A stretch of 64,000 nucleotides of DNA, from contig OZ246001.1 in NCBI GenBank assembly GCA_965230295.1, positions 3,008,001 to 3,072,000 of the forward strand, in the 5' to 3' direction. Source of the DNA: Marinicella sp. (GTDB taxonomy: Bacteria; Pseudomonadota; Gammaproteobacteria; Xanthomonadales; Marinicellaceae). Below, piece by piece: positions 61,221 to 64,000 of the stretch (the first letter of the stretch is position 1; every line of letters starts with the position of its first letter). The position numbers and the translations under genes were made by a program. The notes under the pieces were generated by a model. It made no database searches, was not told where the DNA came from, and saw only the letters and a list, made by a program, of their open reading frames with translations.

Positions 61221-62648
61221 TTAAACTTCTATCTGATCACGGGTTTCACGTTTACCCAGTACGGCCAAATCCCATACCAGTAAAACGACACCCAGGGCAG
61301 TCACATAGCCAAAGATTTGACGCCAGTACATACCTTGAACAAACCATTCAGATATTTGGGCTTTGAAGTAACCAGCCCATGAAGCACCTTCAAGCGCACG
61401 TTCAATAAACGCTTGGTCATAACCAGAAACCAGCATCCCAATGGTCATACCCATGACGCCGATGTTCAATAAGGCCAGAGACCACTTCCATCGCCAAGCA
61501 CCCTGGATGCCACCACTCATGTAAACTCCGCCTCGCCATTTCTGGATGGCCATGTAAAAGACCGCGATGTTGATGGTTGCATAAGCGCCGAAAAAGGCCA
61601 GATGGCCATGTGAAGCAGACCATTGGGTACCATGTGTGTACAAGTTAATTTGGGGCAGGGTGTGCATGAAGCCCCAAACACCAGCACCAAAAAAGTTCCC
61701 AAACGCATGGGCAATCAACCATGCCATGGCTGGGTGGTTGTTATTTCTGAAGCCATGTTTACCAGAGTCATAGACCGCATGGACAACCATGGCAACAAGC
61801 GGTATCGGCTCGAGTGCTGAGAAAAAGCCGCCTATGGACAGCCAGTATTCCGGCGTTCCAATCCAAAAATAATGGTGTCCGAGTCCCAATATGCCGGAAC
61901 CAAACATCAAGGCCACTTCAATGTATAACCAAGTGGTCACAATCTTACGTCTGGCGCCCAGAACCTTGATCAGGCCCCATGCCATGATACACCCAACCAG
62001 GACTTCCCAAGTGGCTTCTACCCACATGTGGATCACCCACCACCACCAGTATTGATCAACTGAAATATTAGGGGTGTAAAACATCCCGCATAAATACAGA
62101 CCGGCCAGTGCCACCAAATCGAGAACCAAAACACCAGAAATACCACTCCATTGACCTTTCATAAAGGTACCAGCAATGTTATAGAAGAAGATCAATACAC
62201 AGATCACAATGCCGATGTCAGCCCATCTGGGCGCTTCGATGTATTCACGTCCTTCATTAATCAGCCAAAGGGTCTCGTGTGTACCAGGTCCAATTTGAAC
62301 AAACAAATAGACCAGAACCACGATGGCCACTGCGATGACAAATAGCCAATAGGCCAGGTTGGCCAGGAATGCGCCCACCAAAGTGGTGCCCGATTCATCT
62401 TCTACCAACCAATAACAAGCACCCATGAAGCCAAACAGCATCCAGATGATCATGGCATTGATGTGAACCATCCTTACCACATTGAAATCAAGTTGATTGT
62501 AAAAGAGTTCAGGCATCAGGTATTGTGCGCCTGCAATCAAACCGAACAGGATTTGTGCCACAAACAACAGTACAGCAGCCACAAAGTATTTAATGGCCAA
62601 CTTTTGCCCGGGATTCAGATGGGCTGAATTGAATTTTCTAATAGTCAT
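61221..62648 (-). CDS. norB: Nitric oxide reductase large subunit (cNOR)
   Basis: VRMVHIN, GREYIEAP, WWWVIHMWVEATWE, GLGHHYFW, YTHGTQW.ASHGHLAFFGAY; ATG 62648 overlaps norC. Confidence 0.95.
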   Translation of the reverse strand: MTIRKFNSAHLNPGQKLAIKYFVAAVLLFVAQILFGLIAGAQYLMPELFYNQLDFNVVRMVHINAMIIWMLFGFMGACYWLVEDESGTTLVGAFLANLAYWLFVIAVAIVVLVYLFVQIGPGTHETLWLINEGREYIEAPRWADIGIVICVLIFFYNIAGTFMKGQWSGISGVLVLDLVALAGLYLCGMFYTPNISVDQYWWWWVIHMWVEATWEVLVGCIMAWGLIKVLGARRKIVTTWLYIEVALMFGSGILGLGHHYFWIGTPEYWLSIGGFFSALEPIPLVAMVVHAVYDSGKHGFRNNNHPAMAWLIAHAFGNFFGAGVWGFMHTLPQINLYTHGTQWSASHGHLAFFGAYATINIAVFYMAIQKWRGGVYMSGGIQGAWRWKWSLALLNIGVMGMTIGMLVSGYDQAFIERALEGASWAGYFKAQISEWFVQGMYWRQIFGYVTALGVVLLVWDLAVLGKRETRDQIEV

Positions 62649-63246
62649 TGTCACCCTCCTGAGGAATGGTTGGGAAGCTGTTAGGGAAGCCGTTGGTGTT
62701 GATCGAAGACATCCACTTGAGGAAGGCCACAATGCCCCGAGCCTCTTCCTCTGTGATGTTTAAGTTTGGCATCCGGCGGGAAGAACCGTAGCCCCTACCA
62801 TAAGTTTCTGGGTCCATCAAAAAGTTGATCATCAGCTCTTCACGGACCGCCTCAGAACCCCATCCCTGATCCAGCCAGGCTTTGGTCAGGTCAGGCGCGT
62901 AGTAAGCACCATTGCCCAACAAAGTATGACAGTTCATGCAGTTCTTGGCTTGGGTGGTCAGTTTGCCTAAACTGACCAAGGCTTCGGCTTCTTCTTCCGT
63001 TAATTTTTTGCCAAACAGCGGTGCTTCAGCACCTATCACAGGCATCATATGACCTTCTTCCCGGTCATATTTGTAGTAAATTCTGTTGTTGATGACGCTG
63101 TAAGCTGGCACACGCTCAGACCCAGCGGTTATTTGTCTCATGGTGTCAAACGTAAGCACCATCAAGACCAACAACATAAAGGCTGTGACCCATATGGCAG
63201 TTTTTCGCCAAAATGATTCACTTGCCCACCATTCTGTTTCACTCAT
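62638..63246 (-). CDS. norC: Nitric oxide reductase cytochrome c subunit
   Basis: N-terminal TM; KNCMNCHTLLGNGAYYAPDLTK; RRMPNL; TNGFP. Confidence 0.92.
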   Translation of the reverse strand: MSETEWWASESFWRKTAIWVTAFMLLVLMVLTFDTMRQITAGSERVPAYSVINNRIYYKYDREEGHMMPVIGAEAPLFGKKLTEEEAEALVSLGKLTTQAKNCMNCHTLLGNGAYYAPDLTKAWLDQGWGSEAVREELMINFLMDPETYGRGYGSSRRMPNLNITEEEARGIVAFLKWMSSINTNGFPNSFPTIPQEGDNDY

Positions 63247-63247
63247 A

Positions 63248-63577
63248 TTATTTTCCTCCTAGCTCGGCTTGATGCTCTGCTTCAGATTGGTGTGTTCCCT
63301 CACACAAGTACCAAATTCCATGTGGAGCCAATAAATAGCCTATCAACATAACCACCACAATCGAGAACCAAAAACCAGTCAGGTTTAAGGTAAAAGCCAT
63401 GACGGCTGTCGAAATTGCAAAGAGCAGGTATGACACATAGGCGCCTATCATCAGGCGGGGATAGTTTTTGAGCTTTGACCAAGCAAAAAAGAATGCATAA
63501 AAAGCGCCAAACAATATAACCATAGCGCCTGCCATGGTGGCCAACATGATGTGTTGTGCCGAAACTGGATCTGTCAT
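63248..63577 (-). CDS. Small 3-TM membrane protein leading the norCB operon
   Basis: Three hydrophobic helices; stop abuts the norC start; preceded by an FNR box. Confidence 0.8.
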   Translation of the reverse strand: MTDPVSAQHIMLATMAGAMVILFGAFYAFFFAWSKLKNYPRLMIGAYVSYLLFAISTAVMAFTLNLTGFWFSIVVVMLIGYLLAPHGIWYLCEGTHQSEAEHQAELGGK

Positions 63578-63634
63578 GATTATCCCCTGGACTTGATTTA
63601 TTCACCAGTCTAGCTAACAGTGGAAAAAAACTAA

Positions 63635-63648
63635 TTGACCTAAATCAA
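63635..63648. promoter_or_regulatory. FNR/DNR box upstream of the nor operon
   Basis: TTGAC-CTAA-ATCAA. Confidence 0.8.
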
Positions 63649-63670
63649 TTGGGTTAATTTTTTGTTTTTT

Positions 63671-63910
63671 GTTGGATTTTCGTTGTCTGTGGCGCTTTAA
63701 TACATAAAAAAAAGCATTGGATGTCGTAACCATGCCTTATTGCACAAATATTTTATTTGGCATGACCACAGAATCCAGGCAATATGAATTATCAAACTTT
63801 TTTTAATCTAACTATACTGTTATTTCTACTACCTGGATCCTACGGTCAAGCCGTAGGATGACGGTTTTTTTTGGATTTTCGTTGTCTGTGGGGCGTTAAT
63901 ACATAAAAAA
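63671..63910. repeat. REP/RPE-like palindromic element flanked by ~40-bp direct repeats
   Basis: TTGGATTTTCGTTGTCTGTGG..TAATACATAAAAAA at ~63672 and ~63871; CTGGATCCTACGGTCAAGCCGTAGGATGAC at 63833-63862. Confidence 0.6.
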
Positions 63911-64000
63911 GGCCGCGGTTGCATCAACCACGGCCCCAGGGCACAAGCTATAAGGCTTGTTTAAAAGTTGGCACTGAGCATGATCCAGTATTTGTTGGTA

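Overview
This 64-kb window has two parts. Its gene content and protein tails suggest a marine Marinicella/Xanthomonadales-like gammaproteobacterium, but that is inference. Part 1 (~1-54.8 kb) is an AT-rich accessory region. It encodes a CHAT protease and subtilase, a GT4 glycosyltransferase, a CadC/ToxR-like wHTH-TM-TPR regulator, a TIGR03032 protein and a TPR-sulfotransferase. It also encodes 16 exported proteins that share a C-terminal IFxx[GSNDH]F[EDN] tail (FG-GAP, DUF285/BspA-like, CarboxypepD_reg/FN3, Ig-like and hydrolase families). Part 2 (~55-64 kb) is a GC-richer denitrification locus (dnr-like regulator, di-haem-c nirS, TonB haem receptor, norCB) with FNR/DNR boxes. The main unannotated signal is in part 1. 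About 30 promoters carry an RT(C/A)AGN direct repeat with 11-bp period, usually exactly 20 nt before a -10 hexamer. The same promoter type also precedes four ORF-less, two-hairpin candidate sRNAs with C-rich, anti-Shine-Dalgarno-like loops and four small proteins with an Hfq/Sm-like pattern. Together these look like an undescribed regulon joining a membrane sensor-activator, sibling sRNAs, private Hfq-like chaperones and C-terminally tagged surface proteins. All family calls come from motif recognition by eye; no database search was run.
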